This document shows, piece after piece, positions 12,900 through 26,860 of a DNA stretch of 64,000 bases (position 1 is the stretch's first letter; the number at the start of each line of letters is the position of its first letter). A program made the translations under genes and the position numbers. This stretch comes from Octopus vulgaris (Eukaryota), in the NCBI GenBank assembly GCA_951406725.2, contig OX597830.1, forward strand, positions 47,802,001 to 47,866,000, in the 5' to 3' direction. The notes under the pieces were generated by a model, which saw only the letters and a program-made list of their open reading frames with translations, did not search any database and was not told the origin of the DNA.

Positions 12900-13961
12900 A
12901 ATTCTAAATTGCTTTGATAAATATTTGTAAATAATCAAACCCATATCAGAAATATAGCCATGAAAGGGTTTCAAGAAAAAAAAAAACAATTACATGGTAC
13001 TGTTGTGGTTTAATCCTAGATAAGCGATGATCAAGCAGTCTTATGATCACAGTCATTCCATCCATGACTGTTCCAACTTTGAGTAGTAAATAGGTGTAAC
13101 TATGGATTGAAACTGGAATGTAGATACAGCACATGGAAACATTCTACTGCATCAAACACCTTGCTTCAAATTTTGGCACAAGGCCAGCAATTTTTAGGGG
13201 GAAGAGGCAAGTTAATTATCTGGACCCCAATACTTGACTGGTACTTTATTTCATCAACCCTGAAAAGACAAAAGATAAAGTTGACCTCAACAGGATTCGA
13301 ACTCAGAATGTAAAGAGCCGAAGATATGCCACTGGAAATTCTGTCCAACATGCTAATGATTCTGCCATCTTGCCATGTTGATGATGATGATGATGATGAT
13401 AGAAGAACAAAGCCACAATTTTCTTTCTCTTTGCTTTTAGTTTGAAGCATGAGGTTCAGTCAACTGGATTACATTGAGTACTTGAAAGAGGCTTATTTCT
13501 TTGGCCTCTACAATGATGAATGATAAAGTCAACCCTAGCAGGAATTGAACTCGGAATGTAAAGGAACGCAACTAAATATCAAAAGGAATTATATTCAATG
13601 TCCTATTGATTCTGTCGATCCATTGTTACTGCTTTGTCCAGGTATGTATCAGGGATATCAGGGACTTTACCGCTTTCCCTTTTGCTTTTGTTAGGTAACA
13701 AACTGATTAAACTATTCTCAGGATATCATGACGCCTGATAACAACAGGCACCAAAAGAATGGAGGATGAAGTCAGCCCAGCCAAGATGTCATCTCAGAAC
13801 AGTAAGTTCCTAGACAAGACATTATCCATCCACGATGCTCCCGCAACAACAATATCAATAACAACAACAGAATAGAGACAACATAAACATTGCCATTTTA
13901 GTCAGCATCCAATTTTTAAAAAAAAATATTTTCATCAGATATTATATTCTTCTTCTCATCA

Positions 13962-14037
<76 letters not shown>

Positions 14038-14038
<1 letters not shown>

Positions 14039-14255
14039 GGGTGACAAGCTGGCAGAAACGTTAGCACGCTGGACAAAATGCTTAGTGGTATTTCATCTGT
14101 CTTTACATTCTGAGTTCAAATCCCACTGAGGTCAACTTTGCCTTTCATCCTTTCAGGGGTTGATAAATTAAGTACCAGCTGCATACTAGAGTTGACCTAA
14201 TCAACTGCCCCACCTTCCCCCAAACTTCAGGGCTTGTGCCTATAATAGAAAGGAT
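14038..14255 (+). mobile_element. SINE family B copy after (TTA)n
   Basis: Matches 38252-38482. Confidence 0.75.
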
Positions 14256-15349
14256 TATTATTTTAAATTTAAAGTAAATATACAGGGAATGTTAGCACAT
14301 AAACACTGCCCTGCAGACATTGACAAACAACTCATCTTCCACAAAAACACACACACACACCACACACACACACACACATATATTCTGAAACAGAGAAAAT
14401 ATATTTACAGAAAAATATATTAAGCGTTGAGCAATTTCCTTGAGAAAAAAATGCTAGTTGTTCTTTTTCCTTTCATCATTATCTTAAGATATGTTTTTTT
14501 TTATCTAATTTCAATAAAAGTCAATTTATAAAACACACTTACCACAGATAAGATATAATAAAATTTGTTAGACAATTTAAATTCAATTAGAATCGTTTAT
14601 TTGATTGGTATGTAAAGATCGCATGGAATGTGTATTTAATGGATTCATAGAGAGAAATAAATAAAAAGTGATAAGCGTTTGGAAACCGTCTTTGGAATAA
14701 GATGGTGAAAGACAAAAGAAAGAAATGCAAGCCTCTCCCATTAACGAACCGGCATCTTATACAGACAGAAGTAACAACTAACATCGCCTGAGAAATACTT
14801 CCATTTCACTTTTTTTAGGACCAAAAAACATTGGCTCCAAATTTTGGCACAAGGCCAGTAATTTTAGGTGGGGGCGGGGGTTAATTACATCAACTCCAGT
14901 ATATGACTGGTACTTATTTTATCAGCCCCAAAAGGACGAAAGGCAGAGTCAACCTTGGGGGAATTTGAACTCAGAAATGTAAAATGAGACGAAATGCCAC
15001 TAAGCATTTGGGCCAGTAATGGTTCTACTAGCTAACCAGCAAAGGACCAAGAAATATGGAAGTTGTTTCCATTATTGACATGTCTTAGACATCTGGATTG
15101 GTGCAGCCAACACCTTCACCTAGAAAACTGAACGCAAACATATGAGCGAGCCTCTATGTAGTCACTCAGTTTGATAGAAATAGCAGCAAACTCTGCTTTA
15201 AATAACTCCCCAAACCCCATCATAAGGACCCAATCGATGATGTGCTATTAAAAAGACGGGAGGGTCATGGCTAGAAATCCTCTGATCATCACTTAATTCA
15301 GCTAACAAGCAGAACTTTCATGAAATTTTCCACTCGATATATTGTACTT

Positions 15350-15730
15350 TTTATCTTTAGTCACTCATTGGACTGTGGCCATGCTGGGGCACCACCATGA
15401 AGGGACTTGTTGAACAAATCAACTCCAGTAATTATTTTCTTTAAGTCTGTTGGTGTTCTATTAGTCTCTTATGCCAAAACCACAAAGTTATAGGGACAAA
15501 AACAAACCAACAACAGTTGTCAAAGGGGGCAAACAGAAACACACACATACACACGTACATACATACATATATATATGTTTGTACAACAGGCTTCCTCACA
15601 GTTTCCATATACAAATCCATTCACAAAACATTGATCAAAGCAGGGCTATAGTAGAAGACACTTGCTCAAGGTGCCATGCAGTGGGACTGAACTCCAAAAC
15701 CACATGGTTGCCAAGCAAGTCTTCTAACCA
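15350..15730 (-). mobile_element. SINE family A copy, diverged
   Basis: Reverse complement of 49031-49450 pattern. Confidence 0.75.
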
Positions 15731-15978
15731 CCTGTTCTTTAGTCCAATGACTTCATCCCTCACCCAGTCTAATGCAGCTACCAGGTCCATGGGTGCCTTT
15801 AGGGAGAAGTCCACTGACAGCCTCCTTCCCTGTTTCCTACCAGTTGAGAAGGGTCAGTTGGGTTGGTCTGGGAACTGAAACCACAATCTGGCAATTGTGA
15901 GTACAATGCCCTAACCCTCAGGACATGCACCTTCATATAAACGCACACACACACACATATATATATACATATGTATAT

Positions 15979-16009
<31 letters not shown>

Positions 16010-16016
16010 GATATAT

Positions 16017-16055
<39 letters not shown>

Positions 16056-16206
16056 TATGTATATATATATCTACATATATATATATATATACATATATAT
16101 GCCAGATCAGATTGGAGCCTGGTGCAGCCATCAGGTTTGCCAGTCCTCAGTCAAATCGTCCAACCCATGCCAACATGGAAAGCAGACGTTAAACGATGAT
16201 GATGAT

Positions 16207-16241
<35 letters not shown>

Positions 16242-17494
16242 CACACACACACACATATATACACATCCCTCATTTATATTCTCATCCCATCCCTTGAGAG
16301 TATGCCCTGCCACATTATCATCATCTCTCACCTGTTCTTTCTCACCTTTGCTCCAGCTTGCACTCTCTAACTCTCACTCATTCTTGATCACTCTCACTCT
16401 CTCCCACTTTCTCCATCTGCTTGGGGTAACCATGTCTCTCCCCCACAGCAAGACGCCTGTTTCTCTCCCTCCCCCACTTTCTCCAGCCTCTCATCACTAG
16501 GCACAAGGCCACCTCCTTCAATACCCTGCCCCACCAAGGATCCCTTGTCTCGCAAATTACCTGGTGACCCTGCCAGTGTTGGTGCCACGTAAAACTTGTC
16601 CAGTCCACACTGGGGAAGTGGTTAACATTAGGAAGGGCATCCAGCCATAAAAGCCATGCTAATACAGACAGAACCCGGTGCAGTTCTTTGGATTGCCGGC
16701 TCCAGCCAAATCGTCCAACCCATGCCAGCATGGAAGATGGATGTGTAAGTGATGATGGTGATGATGGTAGGCTTCACTTGAACAGACCTTGACAACGATG
16801 ACTAATGGTGAACCAATGCTGTGTCACTGCATATCAGCAGGAACATATCACAGGTTTTTGCATGACACATGATGGACTTTGCAAAGCAAAAACAAAAACA
16901 AAATTCCCTGAAATATCATTACATAAAATGCTTATCTTTCAGTTATTTTGAAATACATGAATGCTTTTATGCAACTCTACAATAACAGGATTATTGAAGA
17001 GATTAACATTTGATATGCCAGCTTAAAAATACATTTGCCATTAATGACACAGAAGAGGAAGCCGACTAAAAAAAGCCTTGTTTTTTGTTTTTGTTTGTTT
17101 GTTTGTTTGTAGCCATTTAATGTAAGATAAGCTGAGCTGAGACTTTGAACATGTGATCAATTATTGTAAAGGCAGTTGTAGCTGTGGTGGTGGTGATAGT
17201 GGTGGTGGTGGGGAGTGGGGGATGTTTCACGGAGGTTTAGCTTCCAACTTGAACATTCTGATCTAGAACCAAAATTTGCAAGTCTTGGTGGAGTGAAATG
17301 GTCAGTGGAGCCTGATCAGAAAGACTTGGTATGAAATGGAGAAAGACAAAAAAAAAAAGATAAAATTGGAAACTGACCAGCAATGTTTTAAACCAAAGAA
17401 GAAATGGGACAAAGAGGAAAATTCAATAATAAATGGAAATGAAGAGAAGAAAAGAAGTCAATGTTTCAGTTTGTGTAGCACGAAGAAAGTTCTC

Positions 17495-17671
17495 CAGTTC
17501 TATATTTAAGAGATGAGGAATCATTTACATTATTTACATTTGACCAATATTTGTCTTCATCTTGTTTGTTGTTAACACAACGTTTCAGCTGATATACCCT
17601 CCAGCCTTCATCAGGTGTCTTGGGGAAATTTCGAACCTGGGTTCTCATTCCTAAAATATTTTTCCATGTTA

Positions 17672-17702
<31 letters not shown>

Positions 17703-17829
17703 CATCATCATTCAGGTCACTGCCTAGAATTGAACTCGGCATCTTGGAGTTAGTAGCCTGTGCTCTTAACCACTATGCCATATGCCCATGGTTAAGAGTG
17801 CGGGCTACTAACCCCAAGATGCCAAGTTC
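17495..17829 (-). mobile_element. Composite element: tRNA-like Pol III head + (TAA)n + hammerhead-containing tail, with inverted copy of the head
   Basis: A box TGGCATAGTGG (17770-17780), B box GAGTTCAATTC (17727-17737), hammerhead 17574-17619; tail recurs at 38160-38558 and partly at 42053-42113. Confidence 0.7.
17574..17619 (-). ncRNA. Minimal type I hammerhead ribozyme fold
   Basis: GACAC-CUGAUGA-A-GGCUG(loop)CAGCU-GAA-ACGU-U-GUGUU; stems I and II pair; stem III reduced to palindromic ACGU. Confidence 0.75.
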
Positions 17830-19794
17830 CAAGGGAAAAGATTAAAAATATTTGGAAGAATATGAAATCCTATTTGTATCTATTAGGAGGGGGGCAATGG
17901 TTCTGGCAATAAAACGGAGTGGATATCAATGAGGGGGGGGGGATTGGGGTCAGAGGAAGAAAAAAAGAGTGAACAGTCTTGGATGGCTATTTCTTCCGGA
18001 GGAGATATTAATATACCATGACTTGCTTATTTTCAAGACAGCCAAATACTGTGTCGGCAGCACCAGAAGAGGGGATTGTGACATAATAGGTAGTAGTAGT
18101 AGTAGAAGTAGTAAAAATGAGAAGAACAAAATAGGAGAGCAAGAGGAGAATTGGAAAACCGAAGTGAAAGAAGAAGAGAAAGAACAAAGAAAAAGCAGGA
18201 GCTGTAGAACCAGAAATGAATATGTAAATGAGGAGTGAAAATGCTGGTTTGGTTTTACCAATTTCACTGATTTATATGTAATCAATAACTTCACCTATAA
18301 ACTGGCCATTCTACAAGGAAGGGGGGGGATGTGAGGAAGAGAAATAACAGAATTCAGGATGCTGATGATGATGACGATGATGATGATGGCAGTCATCATT
18401 ACTACCACCAACACCACCACCACCAACTCCAAACACTACCATGATGATCATCATCATCATCTCCACCATTATAAATGAAAAAAACGCCAAGGACAAAAGG
18501 ACAAAAATGATGACTATTACGATAATAAAGATATCATCATCATCATCATCGTCATCAATGCACATGTCCTGAGCAATTGCTTTTACACTGTTCAGTGTGT
18601 TTTGTGATGAAAGGAGAACAGTAAATATAACAACAACAACAAACAATGGAAAAAGTCATTCCAGGACAGAAACAATCCAAGACTTCCACAGACATGTAAG
18701 TATATGGGTTTGAAAGTGGAGGAACCTGTTAAGAGATACAAGGTAGCTATGAAAATAACACCAGAGAGAAAATGGATCAAAGAGATTCAAAAATCTTCAA
18801 AAGTACAGTTGAAGTATAGAAACCAATCCAATCAATGGAATTCAAGATATTTCCACTGGTCTAAATAACTGCAGGGCACCTGCTGGTTCTTGACCAAACA
18901 CGATTTATTAGGAAACTTTCTTTAAACTTTCAAACCATAGTTGTGTGGTTAAGAAGCCGGTTTCGCAACAAAATGGGTTTGGCGCAGCACTTTAAGCAAT
19001 GTCTGCCATCAGGGCTTTGGGTCAACTAAAGCCTTGTGAAATTTGGGAGATGGAAACTTTATGGAAGCACAAAAGAACAGAACTGTTCCAATTCTTTAAT
19101 GAGGAATTTAATCCGTTTCCTTGTTTAATACTATACCTGGCCCTCTCTGTTACAAGACCAGATTTCCTGCAGACAGATAATTTCTTTCCCTTGTCTCAGC
19201 AGTCACAGAAACCTTGAAAAGGTTCAAGGGTGCTGCCTTTCATCCTCTAAGTTATTAAAAGACAAAAAGGTTGTACCTTCAGAAAGTATGCTGCACATTC
19301 ATACACAATATTATTTAAGCACACTACCTAGGGCAAATTAGAGCTGATGACCAATTTGCCCACTATATTATATGTTGAAGGCAAGCCATTACACATATAC
19401 ATTGCAATGAATATCTCCAGCAAGAAGTGAAACTGGTTTGAAATTATATGTATTTTGATGTATTTTTGTAATTATGAACTTGAAGAGTTTAATAAGGTCT
19501 TCTGGAATTATTTGAATGTACTTTGGAATCCATAATCATGAAATGATTTAATTGTAGAAATGCCTTTTGGATATATTTCAGAATAATGTCTTTTGGAATA
19601 ATTTGATTGTGATAATTTATTTTTCAATGCATATTATTTTATCTCGAAATTATTCGGCTGTAATAATATACTTTGAAATGAATTCACTGTAAAATGAAAG
19701 GAAAAATACATTTTCTTCTTTGTATTTTTCCATGTTAACTGATTTGCGTGAAATAGTTTAAACATTACAAACACACACACACACACTTATCTAT

Positions 19795-20181
19795 TCTTTT
19801 ATTTGTTTCAGTCATTTGACTGTGGCCATGCTCGAACACCTCCTTCAGTTGAACAAATCAACCCTAAGACTTATTCTTTGTAAACCAAGTACTTATTCAA
19901 TTGGTACCTTTTGCTGGACTGCTAAGTTACAGGGATGTAAACACACCAACAGTTGTCAAGCGATGGTGGTGGTGAGGGGACCAACACAGACACACAAATA
20001 CACACACACACATATATTATATATAATATATATGACAGGCTTCTTTCAGTTTCCATGTACCAAATCCACTCACAAGGTTTTGGTCAGCCCGAGGCTATAG
20101 TAGAAGACACTTGTTCAAGATGCCACACAGTAGGACTGAACCCAGGACCATGTGGTTGAGAAGCAAGCTTCTTACCAAACA

Positions 20182-20184
<3 letters not shown>
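19795..20184 (-). mobile_element. SINE family A copy
   Basis: Reverse complement of 49031-49450 pattern. Confidence 0.8.
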
Positions 20185-20224
<40 letters not shown>

Positions 20225-20227
<3 letters not shown>

Positions 20228-20490
20228 AGTATTGGCCAGACCATCAGATGTTGCTATAGACCACTGGTCACAATGCACTTCCAATTCTGTCTTGATTGTA
20301 CCATTCTTTTCCCAAATTGCTTGACTGAATCATCTTCCCATTATCGTGGAAGCCTTCCAAGTGGCCTATTCCACTCTTTTAGACACCACTCAGCAACTGC
20401 ATGGCTCCACCCATTGTCTGCAAACCTTGTGGCACATCCAGCCGAGCGGGACTTGTGCTTTCAATACTGTGTGATCATACTGTTCACTCT
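20225..20490 (-). mobile_element. Old RTE-type LINE 3' remnant (different family)
   Basis: Minus strand reads AG.ATRFADNGWSHAVAEW....NRPLGR.P..W.D, typical of the RTE C-terminus, with stops. Confidence 0.6.
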
Positions 20491-21843
20491 GCACCATACC
20501 AGCATAGGTTGGAAGGATCATCACGGCCCAAGCCAGCTGTTATTTAGAGTTACTACCTTCCTACATTGGTCAGACAACCATGTTACACTTGTATGTACCA
20601 ATTTGGTAAGGCTCCTACATCCTGATGTCTTTCCTACACCAAGCACTGAACACAGGATAAATGATGTATTTTATCATGGCATGATCACTACAGGGCAAAG
20701 TTTATGGGTCCTCTCGAACCTACATTGCCTCTTATTATTCCCTAACCACTTTATAGACTGTACAGAGGGCATTTTAACATGACACCAACTCTAGTGAGGT
20801 CAGCTTGTAACTCACAAAACTAAAGAGTCTTCACTGTTCTACGTATCTGATATGTCCCACATTATGATGACATAACTTCGTCATCTGCATGACTGGCCCT
20901 CACTCATTATTTATCAGTAGTGGAACAGCCCACTTCTCACTTGGGGGTGTCTGCCACAACACCTCGCCCTTTTGAGATTTGTTTCTTCTTTCACACATTA
21001 TTTTTTTCTTTTTCCATTTCTTTTTCTCCCCCACACAGAATTATTATTTTTTCTTCCACACAGAATTATTTTCTCCTCAGAATGCCACAGGGAGGTAGTA
21101 CCAATCTACATTGTTTACTGGTAGCACTACCAACACATAGCAACCTGACTTAAATCCTTCACACGGACTTATTATTATAATTATTTTTTCTTTAAGACAG
21201 GATTATTTTTCTCCTCAGAATGCCACAGGTAGTACCAGTCTACATTGTTTACCGGTAGTGTTACTAACACATAGCAATCTGATTTAAATCCTACTTCAAA
21301 TTTTTCACTGTGTGTAGTTGTTGTGTCTTCTTACATGGTCCATCTGTGTTGTGTCTTATCTGCCACTGCATGTAGTTTGACTCCTTGTCCCCACTGATAT
21401 ATCAACACCTTTATACACTGGGAGGTATCCTCGTTGCCACTGATATGTCCTGCTTTATGACAACGTAACTTCGTTGTCTGCATGACTGGCCTGAACACCT
21501 GTACCTCACAAACTGACACTGCTTACTGTGTCTGTCCACTATTTATCAGTAGTGGAACAGTCCACTTCTCACTTCGGGGTGTCTGCCACAGTAATACTTC
21601 AATTTGGTGGCAATTTAAATGAAAATCTTTCCATAAAAAGAAATGAACTTTCAAACTCTGGACAGATTTGAGATGATTACAGCATAGCTTTACATCCGTC
21701 CATCTCAAACTACTTCAGGAATTTGTGGAATGAGTACAGTTCATATAAATAAATCTTCTTAAAGACTACCAAGTGCACCTTCAGCTTCATTTCTTTAGAT
21801 TTTTACTCTTTTGGACAAAGAAAAAACAATTTTCTACATATAT

Positions 21844-21934
<91 letters not shown>

Positions 21935-22697
21935 CATCCTTAAAGAACACTGAACTGAAATGAAACCAAGATTACTGTCCTGCTGTATTCTGTTTCTGAG
22001 AACAAAATGTCTAATGAAGCTATTGTTCACACAAGGATTTAAAAGTAAGAGATAGGTAGATAACTGTTTCATTTGACTATCTACAATAAATATTGGTGTA
22101 CATACACACACGCACATATACTCACACACACACAAACACACACACATGCCCCCACCCCCACCCCCAATGCTATGGTAATTCCTTCTTCATTTTTTAACAT
22201 TCTAGTCCGGAAAGGTGAGGAAGTGCTCATAGTCTTAGCAGACACATTCCCATCCAGAGTGGAGAAGTTGATGTACAGCTCCAATTTCTGCTTGGTAAAG
22301 TCTGTGGAGAGAAAGCTTTAGGGAGCAGTAGTTCTGAGCATTGGCCCAAGAACAAAATGTGTTTAAGGGGTGCAAACCTAGGTTCAAAATTTTTTACAAA
22401 GGTTTTATTGTTTTTTTAAAATTTATTTTTATCTTTTGTTCTTTCAGAAGAACCCTAACTTTAAGCTACATTGACAGATCACTTTTTACACACTGTTTTC
22501 TAAACCCAAGAAAAGTAAGTAGGGGTGATAATTTTGATTTTGCACCCCCAAAGTAGGTGTGCTAGCACCCCCTGCATCCCCTGTCCCCAGACCAAAGTTT
22601 CTTAGAAAAAGGTAAGAATGAAGCATTTACTTCAGTGTTTTCTGGATGAAAGACAAAAGAGGGGACAGGAATAGAAATAGGTAATTCAATATAATTC

Positions 22698-23217
22698 ATA
22701 TAAGGACACAGACTGTGTCATATAGCCAGCTGGAGATGATGTCTCCTGGGGCTAAATTACAGCAACATTCGTCCTAAACTAGTACTGTCATGTTATGTTG
22801 GCAAACAACCTTTACTCCAAAGTACTGTTGCTGAATATCTCTCATTATGAGATTTACAAATAGTAATTTTCTAATTTATAGATCAGTGACTAGTTGTCAC
22901 TTTGAAAGCTATATATTTCAAACAGGAATTTGGCAGCACTGCCTCTAGCCAAACAATTATTCTGTGCTGATGAAGGAAAATAACCCAAAAATTGCAATAC
23001 ACAGGTATTGTTTTGAGCTGAATGGGGGTGCTAGGTTCCCTTATTTGAAAATATAAGAACATAGATCGTGTCGTATAGCCAGCTGGAGACGATGTCTCCT
23101 GGGGCTAAATTACAGTAACATTCATCCTGCCATGTTATGTTGGCAAACAAGCTTTACTCCAAAGTACTGTTGCTGAATATTTCTCATTGTGAGATTAAAA
23201 ATAGTAATTTTCTGATT
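22698..23217 (+). mobile_element. Partial tandem (about 353 bp period, 1.5 units) Penelope-like repeat with degenerate hammerhead at 22962-23004
   Basis: 22698-22875 repeats at 23051-23217; CTGTG-CTGATGA-A-GG..CC-(A)AAA-ATTGCAAT-A-CACAG; same family at 61877-62147. Confidence 0.7.
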
Positions 23218-24589
23218 AAGTTAAGTTTGGATGTGAGGTGGGGATTCACAGCTTGCTAATTCAGGGACCAGGAACTAGTTTGTGTGTGTGTGTGGATTGG
23301 TCTGAGGAGGAAAGAGAGTCCTCATGACCCTTTGTTGAGATCTCTAAGACTGGTCTAGGGGGAAAGTTAGGAAGGAACCACATCTGAAGGGACACTACAG
23401 CAAGAAAGCATATATAATGGTCTGAATGTCTGTAACAGAGTAGACTCTGCCAATGATAATCCAGGGACAAATGATGTTGGTGTTTAGCTGGGAGAGAGAT
23501 TAAGTCAACTGTTGTAGTTGAAGTAGTAACAGTATTAAGTCAACCCTGGTATATTACAGGTAATTATTTTAGTGATACAAGAAGAATGAAATGTAAAACC
23601 TGCCTTGGCAAGTTTTGAACTCATTACAAGGAAGGATGAGATTAAAAACACACAGTAATGAAAAAAGAAATATGGAAAGTAAATAGTTTTATGTTAACAA
23701 AAAACAGAAATTATGCTTTTAAAAGTTAATCAATACAAAAAGTCAGTGTTTTTAGTCTAAACTATCTTCTAGAAGATTCTTGATTAAAAAGAAAATGAGA
23801 AATAACAAAAATAGAGATTTGAAAGAAAAAAACAAACAAAAAACAAAATTATATCAGTTAATAGCATAGAATGTAAAATAAAGTGCTGTTTCTATTACAA
23901 AAGATTAAAGATTAAATACATTTATAAAATTAATTAATTAATTAAACAAAAATAAGTTAAAAACAGAGAGATAGCTCAGTTCATGTACTACAGGGAATAT
24001 AGTAAGGCTGCCGTTCAATATTGGTATCTGTAGCAAATCTTTCCCTTGTACATGGAACTGGTTATTGTTGGAGGGAACATCATTTGTGAGACATGAATAA
24101 TGAGGAAGATTCTAAGCAGATGCTCAGTGTACTAGAAATAGCAGCTAAATGTCCCTCGACTCACTTTGCACTATCTTAAAAGTATGAAGTCTAAAATGCA
24201 TGGACTGAAAGATCATACTGACACAGCTGGGATGCTTTCAGTTAATGAACAGCCATTAATTTTGTTATTTTTATCTTTTGAAAGATTTTGTTGTGTGACC
24301 AAGCTGAATAATGTTAGTGTAGAACAAGGGACATTAGAAAAGAGCTTGATTAAAAAAGTTTGGTTGTCATGGATACTAGCCAAATACCTTCTCATCCTCA
24401 AAAATCCACAGGATAGTGGAAAACACCAATTTCTGTAGGGTTAAGCTAATGAGAAACAAATTGCTTCCGGAATAAAATTTTGGACTTAAAAAGGAAGCCT
24501 TTTTTCCCACAGAAATTTGAATTTCTCTCTGTCTCTTCTTCCTGCCTTTTCTATTTGTCACTTTGCCTGTGTGAGGCCCAACACTTGAA

Positions 24590-24955
24590 AGGAACTCAGA
24601 CAAAGCGGCCGGGTTCCTTTTGAGCGTTGGGCCTCACGGAGGCAATGACTGAGACCTTTAGCATTATGTCATGCTTGAGAAGACACATAAAGCTGAGCAA
24701 AATCACAGTCATGGCAGATACCGGTGTCACACAAATGGCACCCGCACAGCATATCTGCAAAGGTCTCGGTCACTAGTCATTGCCTCAGTGAGGCCCAATG
24801 TTCAAAGTCGTGCTTCACCACCTGATCCCAGGTCTTCCTGGGTCTACCTCTTCCACAGCTTCCCTCAACTGCTTGGGTGTGACACTTTTTCACACAGCTG
24901 TCCTTATCCATTCGCAACACATGACAATACCAGCACAGTTGTCTCTCTATGTGGT
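24590..24955 (-). mobile_element. RTE LINE ORF-end fragments
   Basis: WY.HVLRMDKDSCVKKCH...GRGRPRKTW, similar to the 33245-34240 ORF. Confidence 0.8.
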
Positions 24956-25882
24956 AACTTAACTGGTTAAAAATAGCAGCCAATCTCCTTCAAATCACAT
25001 TCTAATGTTTTAAAAACAAAAACAAAAATACATTAGATAGATGATGTAGATCCTCATGATCATGGCTTGCCTGGGGCTAAACAACAACAATTTATAGTTA
25101 AGATGATTTGGCTATTGAGAGTCAATTATCTTCACCATGCATGCAGAGCAGTGGCTGCTGCCATTACTTGGTGCTTATGGACAAAATTTGAGCCTCCAGC
25201 CTCTCAGCCAATGGTCCAAAACTCTATCAACCCATGCGTCCACAATCTCTAATCACTGGTCTGAGGCCATTTTCATTTTGCTTAGTAATCAGTGATGAAA
25301 AGAAATTTGGACTTTCCTGGCTTCAATAATTTCTAAAATGCTGCAGTGGACCCTCAATCATGCAAGCAAACATGACAAAAACAGAATCACCTTATTCTTG
25401 CCTTTTTTTTTTTTTAAGTTCTGGTTTTGTAGGGGTGGGGTAGGGGAAGCATAAAGAATGAAAAAAAAAAAAGAAAAGAAAAGAAACTTTCTTAGACATG
25501 TTAACATGGAAGAATCACGTAAAACAGGTGAAGAAAAATGGAAATTTCAAGAAGAAAAAAAAATCAAAATAAATAAAATAAATGAATATAGAAAAAAAGA
25601 AATCAAATCAAAATTGAAGAAATATTTAAAAAGTGTGCAAATGCGCAGAGAACGATGCTGTGTGCATCATTAAACAAATCAGGACAACAGTGGAGAGATT
25701 CAATGAGCAGAAGAGAATTTTATGAAATTGTTTTGAAGTTGAGACTAAGATGAGGAAGAGAGAATAATGGAGACAGAAGAGGAGGGAGAGATGGTAAGAA
25801 AGAGAGAAGACAGAAATGAAGTAGGGGAGAGAGAAAAAGAGAAAATAAGCAGGGCACGTGTGTGTGTATATACACACAGGGG

Positions 25883-25943
<61 letters not shown>

Positions 25944-26795
25944 GGAGGGAGGGAGGGAAAGGAGCATGCAGTGGGTTTCAAGAGGGAGAGAAAAAGGAAA
26001 GAGAAAAGTATGGGGATGGGGGACAGAAGTGAGAGAGTAAGAAAAGAGGTAAGGGAAAAAGAGTGGGAGAGTAAGGGAGAAGATAGGCAAATGTTAGAAG
26101 GGAAGAGAGAGAGAGAACGACGGGAATAGAGGGAAGGAGAGAGAGAGAATAAATGAGAGAGAAAGGGAGAGAGAGTTGATGCAAGGAGTGGGGAGGGGGA
26201 GGTAGAGAAATAGAGCAAGGTCGATAGAGAGATCGGTAGAGAAAGAAAGGTAGAGAGATAGAGAAAAGGTTAGAGAGAGAGATACAGTTAAAGCATTATA
26301 AAGAGAGAGAGGAATGGAGTACCATTTTCTGACTGAGTGCCGGAACCAGTGGAGCAGATAATTAAGTTGTTGAAGATTCCCAATGTATTTGGCAACCAAT
26401 CACAAAGAGGGCGAAATAGTGAACCTGGCTGCATATTGATGGCGGTGGTGGTGGTGGTGGTGGCGTTTGTAGTTTTGGTACTGGTTATAGTGGTAGATCC
26501 AATAATGTAGGTATTGGTCATGGAGTGGAGAGGGGTGGCGAAGTAGTTAAGGTACTTGGCTCACTACCATAAGGTCAGGAGTTCAATTCCTAGCTTCACA
26601 TTGAGTCCCTTGAGCAAGACAGCTCATTTCCAGCTGCTTCAGTCAACTCAGGTGGCACGAGTTGTACCAGTAATTCAAAGGGGACCAACCTTGTCACATT
26701 CTGTATCACACTGAATCTCCCTGAGAACTACTTTAAGGTTACATGTATCCATGGAGTACTCAGCCACTTGCTCTTTAATTTCACAGGCGCATATG

Positions 26796-26827
<32 letters not shown>

Positions 26828-26860
26828 CATGAGTGTGTATACATAAATATATATATATTC

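Noticed and set aside
20111-20782. 223 aa plus-strand ORF
   Set aside because: Runs through a SINE, a TA tract and the antisense of an RTE remnant; no coherent domain.
22081-22302. Minus-strand acceptor followed by an open frame inside the LMLN intron
   Set aside because: No M8 similarity, no clear donor, and the true intervening exon was found at 41830-41912.
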